Source of the DNA: Nanobdellota archaeon
GTDB taxonomy: Archaea; Nanobdellota; Nanobdellia; Pacearchaeales; GW2011-AR1
Length of the DNA: 64,000 nucleotides
Assembly (NCBI GenBank): GCA_022703705.1
Contig: JAKLDD010000002.1
Span: 4,597 to 68,596 of the forward strand
Direction: 5' to 3'
Shown: in pieces, positions 1 through 7,716 of the stretch
Numbering within the stretch: the first letter of the stretch is position 1
Layout: every line of letters begins with the position of its first letter
Notes under the pieces: generated by a model
Told to the model about the DNA's origin: nothing
Seen by the model: the letters and a program-made list of their open reading frames with translations, nothing else
Database searches by the model: none
Program-made: the position numbers and the translations under genes

Positions 1-2
1 TA

Positions 3-203
3 AAACTAAATCCAAAAGAAGCAAAGGAACTTAGAAAAACATTGATGGATTTAAATCTTGTAAAAATGAATGAAACAAATATTTGCAAATTAATAGATGT
101 TCTTCCTGAAAGGCCAGAGGAGGTGAATAAAATATTCGTTGATGTAAGCCTGGATGAAAATGAAACAAAACAAATATTGGACGCAATTAAAGAGTTTAAA
201 TAA
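3..203 (+). CDS. rpoF: RNA polymerase subunit F / Rpo4, C-terminal part (5' end outside window)
   Basis: Frame is open from the window edge to TAA at 201-203. Translation ..LNPKEAKELRKTLMDLNL..CKLIDVLPERPEEVNKIF..ILDAIKEFK resembles the archaeal RpoF C-terminal domain. It is followed by a DUF655 gene, as in the conserved archaeal rpoF-DUF655 pair. Confidence 0.75.
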   Translation, partial: KLNPKEAKELRKTLMDLNLVKMNETNICKLIDVLPERPEEVNKIFVDVSLDENETKQILDAIKEFK

Positions 204-208
204 TAAAA

Positions 209-751
209 ATGGAAAAAGAAGAAAATGTAATAATCTTAGAATATCTTCCAAATGGATATCCATTGGAGAAAAAAATGATGCCCATAGCGCAGGCTATTGG
301 TGAAAATAATTTAATTCTACTAGAACTTGTTCCTAGAAGAGGTGTTGAATTAAAAATAGGGGAAAAAGTTTATATTGGAGAAGGTAAAAGAGATAAAATA
401 TATTATATTCTTGGGAGATTACACCGAGAAAAACTTACTGAAAGCGCAAAACGACAATTAGAAGAATTTATAAGCAACCTTGTTAAAGAAAGAGAAAATG
501 AATATGTTGAATTTTTCAACAAATCCGATGCAATAAATAAAAGGGTTCACCAAATAGAACTCCTTCCGGGACTTGGAAAAAAACATATGCAAGAAATACT
601 CAAACAAAGACAAGAAAAACCTTTTGAATCTTTTAAGGATATCAAAAGCAGAATACAAAATCTGCCTGATCCTGAAAAAGCAATTAAAAAAAGAATTTTT
701 CAAGAATTAACAAACATGGAAAGATACAATCTTTTCACAGGAAAAAAATAA
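209..751 (+). CDS. DUF655-family protein (OB-like N-terminus plus HhH; putative nucleic-acid binding)
   Basis: 180 aa. Motifs ILEYLPNGYP, LLELVP, FFNKSDAINKRVHQIELLPGLGKK are typical of archaeal DUF655. Synteny with rpoF. Confidence 0.8.
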   Translation: MEKEENVIILEYLPNGYPLEKKMMPIAQAIGENNLILLELVPRRGVELKIGEKVYIGEGKRDKIYYILGRLHREKLTESAKRQLEEFISNLVKERENEYVEFFNKSDAINKRVHQIELLPGLGKKHMQEILKQRQEKPFESFKDIKSRIQNLPDPEKAIKKRIFQELTNMERYNLFTGKK

Positions 752-752
752 A

Positions 753-1256
753 ATGGTAGAACAGAAAATTCAAGAAAAACGAGAAGAAAGATTAGTGAGA
801 ATCTTATCAAAAGATATTGAAGGAAAAATGAAAGTTTATGTTGGATTAACAAAGATAAAAGGAGTTTCTTGGGCATTTTCAAATGCAGTTTGCAAATCTC
901 TTAAAATAGACAAAAACAAAACAATTGGAAGTTTAACTGAAGACGAAATAAAAAAAATCTCTGAGTTCATAAAAAATCCAAAGCTACCTGCATATCTTTT
1001 GAACAGACAAAAAGATATTGAAAGCGGGGAAGAGAGACATCTAATTGGAACAGATTTAGATTTAAGAAAAGATTTTGATATAAAGAGATTAAAGAAAATA
1101 AAGAGTTACAAAGGATTAAGACACACCTCTAAACTTCCTGTAAGAGGTCAAAGAACAAAGGCACATTTTAGAACAAATAGAAAAAAAGGTTCTGGAATTA
1201 AAAAGAAAGGTGGGGAAAGCGCTTCTAAAAAACCTTATGAAGGAGCAAAAAAATAA
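753..1256 (+). CDS. rps13: 30S ribosomal protein S13 (uS13)
   Basis: RILSKDIEGKMKVYVGLTKIKGV..., YKGLRH..LPVRGQRTK; first gene of the S13-S4-S11-RpoD order. Confidence 0.92.
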   Translation: MVEQKIQEKREERLVRILSKDIEGKMKVYVGLTKIKGVSWAFSNAVCKSLKIDKNKTIGSLTEDEIKKISEFIKNPKLPAYLLNRQKDIESGEERHLIGTDLDLRKDFDIKRLKKIKSYKGLRHTSKLPVRGQRTKAHFRTNRKKGSGIKKKGGESASKKPYEGAKK

Positions 1257-1257
1257 A

Positions 1258-1488
1258 ATGAAAAATAAATATGGTTTAATTTTAGGAATTGGTATTTTAG
1301 CTTCTTTTGGACCAATTACATATACTGCATATAAGGAAAAAGAAAATAATCTAACAAATATAGATAAAGGGCTATTTGGAGTAGGATTGTTAAGTTTAGC
1401 TGCAACATATTCTTATGGAATAGATAAAAACCCTAATTTAAATAGCATAAAAAAAAGAAATAAATTAGAGAAAGGGGTAAAAAAATAA
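1258..1488 (+). CDS. small 2-TM membrane protein (76 aa), hypothetical
   Basis: ATG 2 nt after the S13 stop. Two hydrophobic segments (LILGIGILASFGP, LFGVGLLSLAA). The track ORF 1210..1488 has an overlapping N-terminal extension that is unlikely to be real. Confidence 0.5.
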   Translation: MKNKYGLILGIGILASFGPITYTAYKEKENNLTNIDKGLFGVGLLSLAATYSYGIDKNPNLNSIKKRNKLEKGVKK

Positions 1489-1489
1489 A

Positions 1490-1981
1490 ATGAAAAGAAA
1501 GCATAAAAGATATTCAAGACCAAAAAGACCTTTTGAAAAAATTAGAATAGATGAAGAAAAAGAAATTGCTAAGAATTTCGGTTTAAAAAATAAAAAAGAA
1601 ATATGGAAAGCAGAAGCAAAAATTAAATCTATGAGAGAAAAAGCAAAAAAATTAATTTCTGCTAAACCAGAAGAGCAAAAAGCACTTTTTAATAAATTAA
1701 ATAAAATTGGGATAAAGGTGGATTCTATTTCTTCAGTTTTATCTTTAAATAAAGAAGATTATTTAAAAAGAAGATTGCAAACCGTTTTAGTTTCAAAAAA
1801 AATAGCCTCAACCCCAAGAGAGGCGAGACAATTAATTGTTCATAAAAAGGTTCTTGTGAATGAAGAAGTAGTAAACATCCCATCTTATATTGTTCCATTG
1901 GAATTAGAAGATAAAATAAAATTAAAGAGTAAAAAAATTAAAAGTAAAAAAGAAATAGGAGAAGAAAAAAATGGAGAATAA
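1490..1981 (+). CDS. rps4: 30S ribosomal protein S4 (uS4)
   Basis: KRYSRPKRPFEKIRIDEE..., S4 domain RRLQTVLVSKKIASTPREARQLIVHKKVLVN. Confidence 0.92.
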   Translation: MKRKHKRYSRPKRPFEKIRIDEEKEIAKNFGLKNKKEIWKAEAKIKSMREKAKKLISAKPEEQKALFNKLNKIGIKVDSISSVLSLNKEDYLKRRLQTVLVSKKIASTPREARQLIVHKKVLVNEEVVNIPSYIVPLELEDKIKLKSKKIKSKKEIGEEKNGE

Positions 1982-2474
1982 AGAAAAATTAGAAAAAGAA
2001 ATCTCTGAAGATGAAGAAATTGCATCTGAGGAAAATGAAGAAGAAAAATCAGAAGATAAATCTGAAAAAGAAGAAGAGAAAAAAGCCAAAAAAAAGGAAA
2101 AAGAAATAGAGGCTGTCCTTAATATTTATGCTTCATTTAATAACACAATTGCACATGTTACTGATGCTTCGGGAAGAACAATCGCAAAGGTATCTGGAGG
2201 GATGGTGACTAAACACAGTAGGCTTAAAGCAAACCCTACAATTGCGATGTTTATTGCAAAAAGAATTTCAGAAACAATGAAAGATAGGGGAATAAAGTCC
2301 TTATATGTTAAAATCAGAGCACAAACAGGCAACACGAGTCCAGGTTCTGGAGCAAATGCAATAATAAAAAGTTTATCCAGAGACGGGTTCAAAATATTAA
2401 ATATTTTAGACAACACCAGAATTCCTAGAGGAGGTCCAAAAAAGAAAGGGGGACGTAGAGGAAGAAGAGTTTAA
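1971..2474 (+). CDS. rps11: 30S ribosomal protein S11 (uS11) with ~45-aa E/K-rich N-terminal extension
   Basis: Core NIYASFNNTIAHVTDASGRTIAKVSGG..., C-terminus IPRGGPKKKGGRRGRRV. There is no internal start codon, so the acidic extension appears to be translated. Confidence 0.9.
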   Translation: MENKEKLEKEISEDEEIASEENEEEKSEDKSEKEEEKKAKKKEKEIEAVLNIYASFNNTIAHVTDASGRTIAKVSGGMVTKHSRLKANPTIAMFIAKRISETMKDRGIKSLYVKIRAQTGNTSPGSGANAIIKSLSRDGFKILNILDNTRIPRGGPKKKGGRRGRRV

Positions 2475-2498
2475 ATATGGAAAATAAATAATTAAAAA

Positions 2499-3206
2499 AT
2501 GGAAACAATAACAAAAAAAGATAACAAATTTGTATTTAAAGCAAATATAGATGAAAGTCTAGCAAATGCAATAAGAAGATATGTAAATCAAATACAAATT
2601 GTAGCAATTGATGAAATTGAAATAATAAAAAATGATTCTCCATTGTATGATGAAACCATTGCACATAGACTAGGATTAATTCCTCTTAAGCAAAATACAA
2701 AAAAAGAAGGAAAATTAAAATTAGAAACTCAAAAAGAAGGATTTGTTTATTCTGAATCTTTAATGGGAGATTTTGAAGTAGTTTATGGAAAAATACCAAT
2801 TACACTCTTAAATAAAGGGCAAGAAATAGAAATTATTGCATATGCAAAAAGTGGAAAGGGAAAAGACCATGCAAAATTTTCTCCAGGTATAATGAGCTAT
2901 AGAAAAGCATTTGAAATTAGCATTGATAAAGAACTAGCAGAAAAAGTAAGAGCAAGAATCTTAGATATTCACTTAGATATTAAAGGTGAAAAAGCAATAA
3001 TAATAGATAATAAGGAAAATGAAGTTTGTGATATTTGTGAGGGTCTTGCTGAAAAATATGAGAAAAAAATTGATATAAAACCTCTGAAAGAAATTGTTAT
3101 CTCCTTAGAATCTTTTGGACAAATCGATGCAAAAAGCATATTTACTAAATCCATTGAAACCTTAAAAAAAGACTTGGGTGAACTAGATAAGAAAGTAGGC
3201 AAGTAA
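2499..3206 (+). CDS. rpoD: RNA polymerase subunit D / Rpo3
   Basis: LANAIRRYV..VAIDEIEIIKNDSPLYDETIAHRLGLIPLK; position after S11. Confidence 0.9.
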   Translation: METITKKDNKFVFKANIDESLANAIRRYVNQIQIVAIDEIEIIKNDSPLYDETIAHRLGLIPLKQNTKKEGKLKLETQKEGFVYSESLMGDFEVVYGKIPITLLNKGQEIEIIAYAKSGKGKDHAKFSPGIMSYRKAFEISIDKELAEKVRARILDIHLDIKGEKAIIIDNKENEVCDICEGLAEKYEKKIDIKPLKEIVISLESFGQIDAKSIFTKSIETLKKDLGELDKKVGK

Positions 3207-3273
3207 AATTTTTTATTATTTCTATAGGATTAACGGATTATATATGAAATTATTTTCATGTATTATGACAAAA

Positions 3274-3310
3274 AAAAGGACAAAGCTTAATTGATAAGAA
3301 ATGTCCTTTT
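3274..3310. terminator. hairpin (9-bp stem aaaaggaca/tgtcctttt), T8 run on minus strand; likely bidirectional terminator
   Basis: Inverted repeat read directly from the sequence. It lies between convergent rpoD and 3323..3580(-). Confidence 0.5.
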
Positions 3311-3322
3311 GAATATGAATAT

Positions 3323-3580
3323 TTATTTGGGCTTATTTGCAGAATCCTCTTTTGAAAAAATATCCAGTAGATCTTCTTTATACAAATTATATACTATGGA
3401 AATTATGCCCATAATAAATCCGGCAGAAAAGAGAATTCCCAGCAATACGTCATCAAAAACATCTTCAGGGGATTTTTTAGACAAAGAGTAGAGTATCTCA
3501 AAAATAATGGCGATTAGAAAAATTAATGCGGTAGAAACTGTCAAAATTTTCCCAATAATAAGAATGACTTCTTTTTTCAT
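3323..3580 (-). CDS. small membrane protein (85 aa, 2 TM)
   Basis: ORF with two hydrophobic helices, preceded by the conserved AGAGGACAAAAAAATGAAA cassette. Confidence 0.6.
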   Translation of the reverse strand: MKKEVILIIGKILTVSTALIFLIAIIFEILYSLSKKSPEDVFDDVLLGILFSAGFIMGIISIVYNLYKEDLLDIFSKEDSANKPK

Positions 3581-3626
3581 TTTTTTGTCCTCTAAAATTT
3601 AGTTAAAAAGTATTACAATAGAATCA

Positions 3627-4144
3627 TCAATAATTATCATCTAACTCATATAAAATCCACCCCCCTACAATAAGAATAATTCCGAGGATTACCAACCCAA
3701 AGCAATACAAAAGCCAAACAATAGGAAAATTAACCTTAAACCAAATCCCTCTTAGAGTCTTAAGCATTTCATCTGCTCCTCCTTGCTCTTGTTCGGTAAT
3801 TTGCTGTATTGCAGTTTGATATCCAAAAGAAGAGATGTCCATATCTTTTATCTCGTACAACCTTTTTTGAAGAGATTTCAATGCATCAAAGTTTTTATCA
3901 AAACTATTATTAGGAGTTTTGAAGATTAATGCATTGTATTCTCCATAAAGGTTCTCTTTTGAAAGTGCTTCCACAAAGCAATCAATATGAATTGCCTTAC
4001 CTGAAATAGTCGAGGATTTATCTGCTAAATCCCAATAAGAAGAAACATTCTTCTTGTAAGTGTAATCTCCATAGATACCTACGCCAATCAAGGTAAGTAT
4101 TAAAAGTGCTCCGATAACAATTAAAAAAAACTAAATGCTTTCAT
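3627..4144 (-). pseudogene. membrane-anchored protein, frameshifted (or mis-assembled) in an A8/T8 homopolymer
   Basis: ATG at 4144 follows GGAGGACAAAAAAATG and encodes MKAFSFF, then hits TAA. Adding one T in the T8 run (4123-4130) gives MKAFSFFLIVIGALLILTLIGVGIYGDY..., in frame with track ORF 3627..4091. Confidence 0.55.
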
Positions 4145-4174
4145 TTTTTTGTCCTCCTAAATTTAAAGTTAATA

Positions 4175-4345
4175 TTAACGACACAACATACTTTCTCCAA
4201 ATTCAATTTTGGTTATAACTGATTCATACGTAATCCAATTACTAAGAATTGCGCAACAGAGAAACACAAGACCCAAGAAGATTATAATTATCTCCCCATA
4301 ATTCTTTTTAAGGAAAGAACCAATTTTTAACAAAAGTGTTTTCAT
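4175..4345 (-). CDS. small membrane protein (56 aa), below the ORF-track cutoff
   Basis: Hand translation: MKTLLLKIGSFLKKNYGEIIIIFLGLVFLCCAILSNWITYESVITKIEFGESMLCR*. Confidence 0.4.
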   Translation of the reverse strand: MKTLLLKIGSFLKKNYGEIIIIFLGLVFLCCAILSNWITYESVITKIEFGESMLCR

Positions 4346-4451
4346 AATTTAATTTTTAAAAAGTTAATATTATTTGAATGTTTTTTAGTTTTTATATAAA
4401 GAGGAAATATGCTGTTCTGCCTAAATGCAGACTATTGTTTTCAAAAGAAAT

Positions 4452-4512
4452 GAAGGCTCCTGCAAAAGATAAAAAGATTAAGCTACGAAAAAAAGAACGC
4501 ACAGGAGCCTTC
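4452..4512. terminator. 11-bp GC-rich stem (gaaggctcctg/caggagccttc) with 39-nt loop
   Basis: Perfect inverted repeat just downstream (minus sense) of the stop of gene 4544..4819. Confidence 0.4.
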
Positions 4513-4543
4513 AAACAAACATCTTCGGGTGAAGTTTTTTTAA

Positions 4544-4819
4544 TCAAACAGAATTGCCATCTCTTTTATTCTTCTTGTGTTCTTTTCTACAAGAAGATAT
4601 CCATTCCCGGATAGATGTTGCGAGCCAAGATAAACCGGCAAGAGCGCATAATATACTGATTATCAAAAAGAGATACCATCCTGAAGAGGGGGGGCCATTA
4701 CGTGTTTCTCCAAATATTTTGTAAAAGATAAAATCCAAGGAGAGTAAACCCAAGAATAATGCCCGGAAGATTCTGTTCGGGGTCCATTCACTTTTCTTAA
4801 TTTGTGATTCGTCTTTCAT
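4544..4819 (-). CDS. membrane protein (91 aa, 2 TM)
   Basis: ATG at 4819 is preceded by GGAGGACAAAAAA. The track start at 4834 is the TTG inside the SD cassette. Hydrophobic segments LFLGLLSLDFIF and WYLFLIISILCALAGL. Confidence 0.6.
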   Translation of the reverse strand: MKDESQIKKSEWTPNRIFRALFLGLLSLDFIFYKIFGETRNGPPSSGWYLFLIISILCALAGLSWLATSIREWISSCRKEHKKNKRDGNSV

Positions 4820-4842
4820 TTTTTTGTCCTCCAAAATTTAAT

Positions 4843-5271
4843 TTATTTTTTATTACCAAAGTAAATTTCAACTGAAAATTTATCGTACACTTCATAGAAA
4901 AGTTTAGACTCTATGCTGTGAGAGCACATGTGTTCTGCCTTAAACAGAAAACAATTAATTTTGTAATTTAACCCGACAGTATACTCTATTTGGAGAGGAT
5001 CATAAACATCAATCTTCTCGCATTGAAAGTAACTTTTAATCCCTGTATAAAGGGAGAATTTTTTATAATCTGCATTAAGATTAATCTTTGCAAATTCGCT
5101 CTTATTTAACAAGTTCGACTGGATTTCCATTCCTGTAGTTGTACCCTCATTAAGGCGAACTATTCTACTCTCATACCCTAACTCAAGAGAACCCCCTGTT
5201 TCTATCTGAGAAAAAACTAGGCAAATAGGGTAAAGAAGAAAAAGCAAAGAGAAGAAAATTAACTTTTTCAT
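4843..5271 (-). CDS. secreted beta-rich protein with Sec signal peptide (142 aa)
   Basis: MKKLIFFSLLFLLYPICLVFSQ signal. The mature part shows alternating hydrophobic/polar beta-strand periodicity (LELGYESRIV, FSLYTGIKSYF, EYTVGLNYKI, FSVEIYFG). Confidence 0.6.
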   Translation of the reverse strand: MKKLIFFSLLFLLYPICLVFSQIETGGSLELGYESRIVRLNEGTTTGMEIQSNLLNKSEFAKINLNADYKKFSLYTGIKSYFQCEKIDVYDPLQIEYTVGLNYKINCFLFKAEHMCSHSIESKLFYEVYDKFSVEIYFGNKK

Positions 5272-5309
5272 TTCCTTAATATTAAGATTTAATTTTAATG
5301 ATTTGAGGA

Positions 5310-5648
5310 TTACTTTCTCTTGTAAGCAAATATACCCCAGGACAGAGTAGTTATAATATAGTTTGGAAAAAGATACAGGCCCAAGAGAATAAGAACAAAA
5401 AAAACATCAACACTATGGAAGTATCTTGCAAGAGATACAATCTCTAGAGAGTACAAGCCTAAAAACAAAAAGAAATACGGGTAAAAATTATTGAAGTATT
5501 TTTCACCTTTAACTTCCTTATCTATATATGCCACGGTGTGAGCAGCAAAGAACGGAACAAATGTTCCAAGGAAAATCGTGGGGGGTTTAGATTTCAAATG
5601 AAGAACATCTGAAATCGATTGTTTAAATTTTAGAATAAATTTTTTCAT
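5310..5648 (-). CDS. membrane protein (112 aa, ~4 TM)
   Basis: ORF with several hydrophobic helices. Confidence 0.55.
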   Translation of the reverse strand: MKKFILKFKQSISDVLHLKSKPPTIFLGTFVPFFAAHTVAYIDKEVKGEKYFNNFYPYFFLFLGLYSLEIVSLARYFHSVDVFFVLILLGLYLFPNYIITTLSWGIFAYKRK

Positions 5649-5726
5649 TGCTTTAAAATTTAAAGAATTAATATTAATTGATTATATTTTGTTCTGTATA
5701 AAAACAGAGTATTATTTTAAAAATAA

Positions 5727-5761
5727 AAAGGGCAAATCAGCTGAATTCAGAAATGCCCTTT
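5727..5761. terminator. hairpin aaagggca/tgcccttt with inner palindrome ctgaattcag; T-run on minus strand
   Basis: Inverted repeat followed on the minus strand by tttttattttt. It lies just after the stop of gene 5770..5973. Confidence 0.5.
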
Positions 5762-5769
5762 CGTTAGAA

Positions 5770-5973
5770 TTACTTTATTAACTCAATTAATTCTGGTGGT
5801 AAACCTGCAACTTCCCAGATGATAGAAACAATTGAGAAAGTAATTAGGATAAATATAATCAACGCTATGATTATATTCTTACTCCCTCTCTGATAATCAG
5901 AGTTTTTTAATACTCTTCTTATCCAAAATATGGAAAAGATAAGCATAACCAAAATAACAACAATTGCTTTCAT
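5770..5973 (-). CDS. small membrane protein (67 aa, 2 TM)
   Basis: Internal Met MKAIVVILVMLIF.. avoids overlap with the upstream lipoprotein gene. The track ORF extends to 6039. Confidence 0.45.
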   Translation of the reverse strand: MKAIVVILVMLIFSIFWIRRVLKNSDYQRGSKNIIIALIIFILITFSIVSIIWEVAGLPPELIELIK

Positions 5974-5981
5974 AAATAGAA

Positions 5982-6629
5982 TTATTTGGTCTGTCTTGCC
6001 ATAACATATAAACATGAACCGGTGGCTGCCATCCAACAAGATATCCCCTCAAAATCACAAAGGAATTTAATTACATCTATTGACTCGTAATGGTTTCTTA
6101 TAATTCTATAGCATTTAAAGAAACCTATTCTCTTGGCTTGATCTTCAAGATATTTATCTGGCATTGGATAAAAATCATTGGTTTGAATTATATTATCAAC
6201 AACCAAATATTCATCATGTAAGAAGTTTTGATAATTCACCCCGTACATAAGAACATTCCCGGTTCGTGATTCAAAATCAAACCTTGTAAAGTCCACCAAA
6301 TTAATAAAATAAAGATCTCCCTCTGGAAGCATGCCCGGTTCCATTTTGATAATTTGCAACTCTGCCACTTTTACATTTTCATTATCTACATATTTGTAAT
6401 ATGGCAAAAACATCTGCACTGTTTCATTATTTTCACTTATCTGAACAGTTCCGGTGTTGTACGCTCCATAAGAAGCAAATAAGCATTCATACTTTGTCCA
6501 TTCTGGAGAAGTAAGAAATTCCCGAATCTCTTTTGGTTGAAAAATAGGAGATTCTTCTTTTTCTTTCTCACAATTATTTAATAAAAGAGTGAGAGAAAAA
6601 ACTATTAGAATAACAAAAAACTTTTTCAT
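5982..6629 (-). CDS. putative lipoprotein (215 aa)
   Basis: MKKFFVILIVFSLTLLLNNC: signal peptide ending in Cys (lipobox-like), followed by the acidic linker EKEKEES. Confidence 0.6.
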   Translation of the reverse strand: MKKFFVILIVFSLTLLLNNCEKEKEESPIFQPKEIREFLTSPEWTKYECLFASYGAYNTGTVQISENNETVQMFLPYYKYVDNENVKVAELQIIKMEPGMLPEGDLYFINLVDFTRFDFESRTGNVLMYGVNYQNFLHDEYLVVDNIIQTNDFYPMPDKYLEDQAKRIGFFKCYRIIRNHYESIDVIKFLCDFEGISCWMAATGSCLYVMARQTK

Positions 6630-6798
6630 TGATTTAATTTTCTAAAGATTAATTATTTCTATAACTCGCCAGCCAGGAATAGAATTGTTTGACTTTTACC
6701 TCCTTTTTTAAATTGTTAATATTATGTGAATTATTTTTTAAGTTCCTGTGTTATGAATTTGGAAATATGATTGTGAAAGATTATTTTCAAAAGAAAAA

Positions 6799-6849
6799 GG
6801 AAGCCCTCGAGGAAAAATATATTTTAAAGATTATACAGCGAAGGCTTCC
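6799..6849. terminator. 7-bp stem ggaagcc/ggcttcc with 37-nt loop
   Basis: Inverted repeat in the 290-bp gap after the stop of gene 6921..7532. Confidence 0.3.
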
Positions 6850-6920
6850 AAGAAATACAAAAATAACAAGCGCCTCATCTCAACAACCTTGTTCTACTCC
6901 AAGAATAATTTAACTAAGAA

Positions 6921-7532
6921 TTATTTCCTCCAATCTGCTCGCAAAGGCATTTCATTTCCGTTTTTATCAAGAACCCAGACTTCCCAATGTTTAATCTTCT
7001 CGAGAAGCGTCGGCTCATTATCTTCTTCCCCGAAATTCAAAAGAGGCATTTCTTCACTTGTTCGAACCAGGAACGTTGGAGAATATTTGTAAGGCTTGGA
7101 AGGGTCCGGAGAAGTTTTAGAAAATACAAACAAATCGCCTTTTTGCACAATAGTCAGATAATCCTGTAAATCCGCGATAGGCATACCCCAGTCCAATTTA
7201 ACAGATGGAAAAAGATACTTCGTTACGAAAAAGGACGATTCCGGATAGCTCAAAGTGTCCTGGAACAAAGAAAAATAAAACTTCTTTTCCGAGGGATAAA
7301 GATTTCCCTTAAGATCAATAACTCTTTTTTCTCCAGCAGTTATCCCAATAACTTTCCCGGGCTCAATCAAGGGGAAATTTGATACACTCTCTTTCATAAA
7401 ACCATAAACAGTTTGCACCTTTGGAGGGGGCGGGGGTGGCGGAGGGGGTTCTGGAAGTGTAACTTCTTTTTTCTTGCATCCTGCTTCTAAAGCAAGAACA
7501 AAAATCACAATTAAAAATAAAAACTTTTTCAT
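6921..7532 (-). CDS. putative lipoprotein with poly-proline linker (203 aa)
   Basis: MKKFLFLIVIFVLALEAGC lipobox-like signal, then KKKEVTLPE-P9-K. Confidence 0.65.
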   Translation of the reverse strand: MKKFLFLIVIFVLALEAGCKKKEVTLPEPPPPPPPPPKVQTVYGFMKESVSNFPLIEPGKVIGITAGEKRVIDLKGNLYPSEKKFYFSLFQDTLSYPESSFFVTKYLFPSVKLDWGMPIADLQDYLTIVQKGDLFVFSKTSPDPSKPYKYSPTFLVRTSEEMPLLNFGEEDNEPTLLEKIKHWEVWVLDKNGNEMPLRADWRK

Positions 7533-7670
7533 TTTTGTAAAATTTAAAGATTAGACAATAAAGTTTTGGGGGTTCGGCCCAATTTGAACTTAGTTTAGAT
7601 TTACCTCCTTTTTAATTTTTTAATGTGGTTAATAATTAAGAAATTTAAGTTAATATTAAAAATAATTATA

Positions 7671-7716
7671 ATTTCGTGATATTTCGCGCGTATTTTATGA
7701 TATTTCAGGGTATTTC
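7671..7716. repeat. five phased copies of ATTTC/ATTTT at 10-11 bp spacing
   Basis: atttc at 7671, 7681, 7702 and 7712, and atttt at 7692, with an embedded cgcgcg. Located 140-185 bp upstream of the lipoprotein gene start (7532). Confidence 0.55.

Noticed and set aside
458-882. Minus-strand track ORFs (458..703, 700..882) antisense to the DUF655 and S13 genes
   Set aside because: They lie antisense to well-supported conserved genes. Their low-complexity F/K/L-rich translations are typical of AT-rich antisense frames.
4378-4614. 78-aa plus-strand ORF
   Set aside because: It runs through the 4452-4512 hairpin and into the antisense of gene 4544..4819, so it is unlikely to be coding.
6689-7169. 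Plus-strand ORFs 6689..6913, 6889..7092 and 6987..7169
   Set aside because: The last two are antisense to the lipoprotein gene. The first spans an intergenic hairpin, has no plausible promoter or SD, and has an odd composition.
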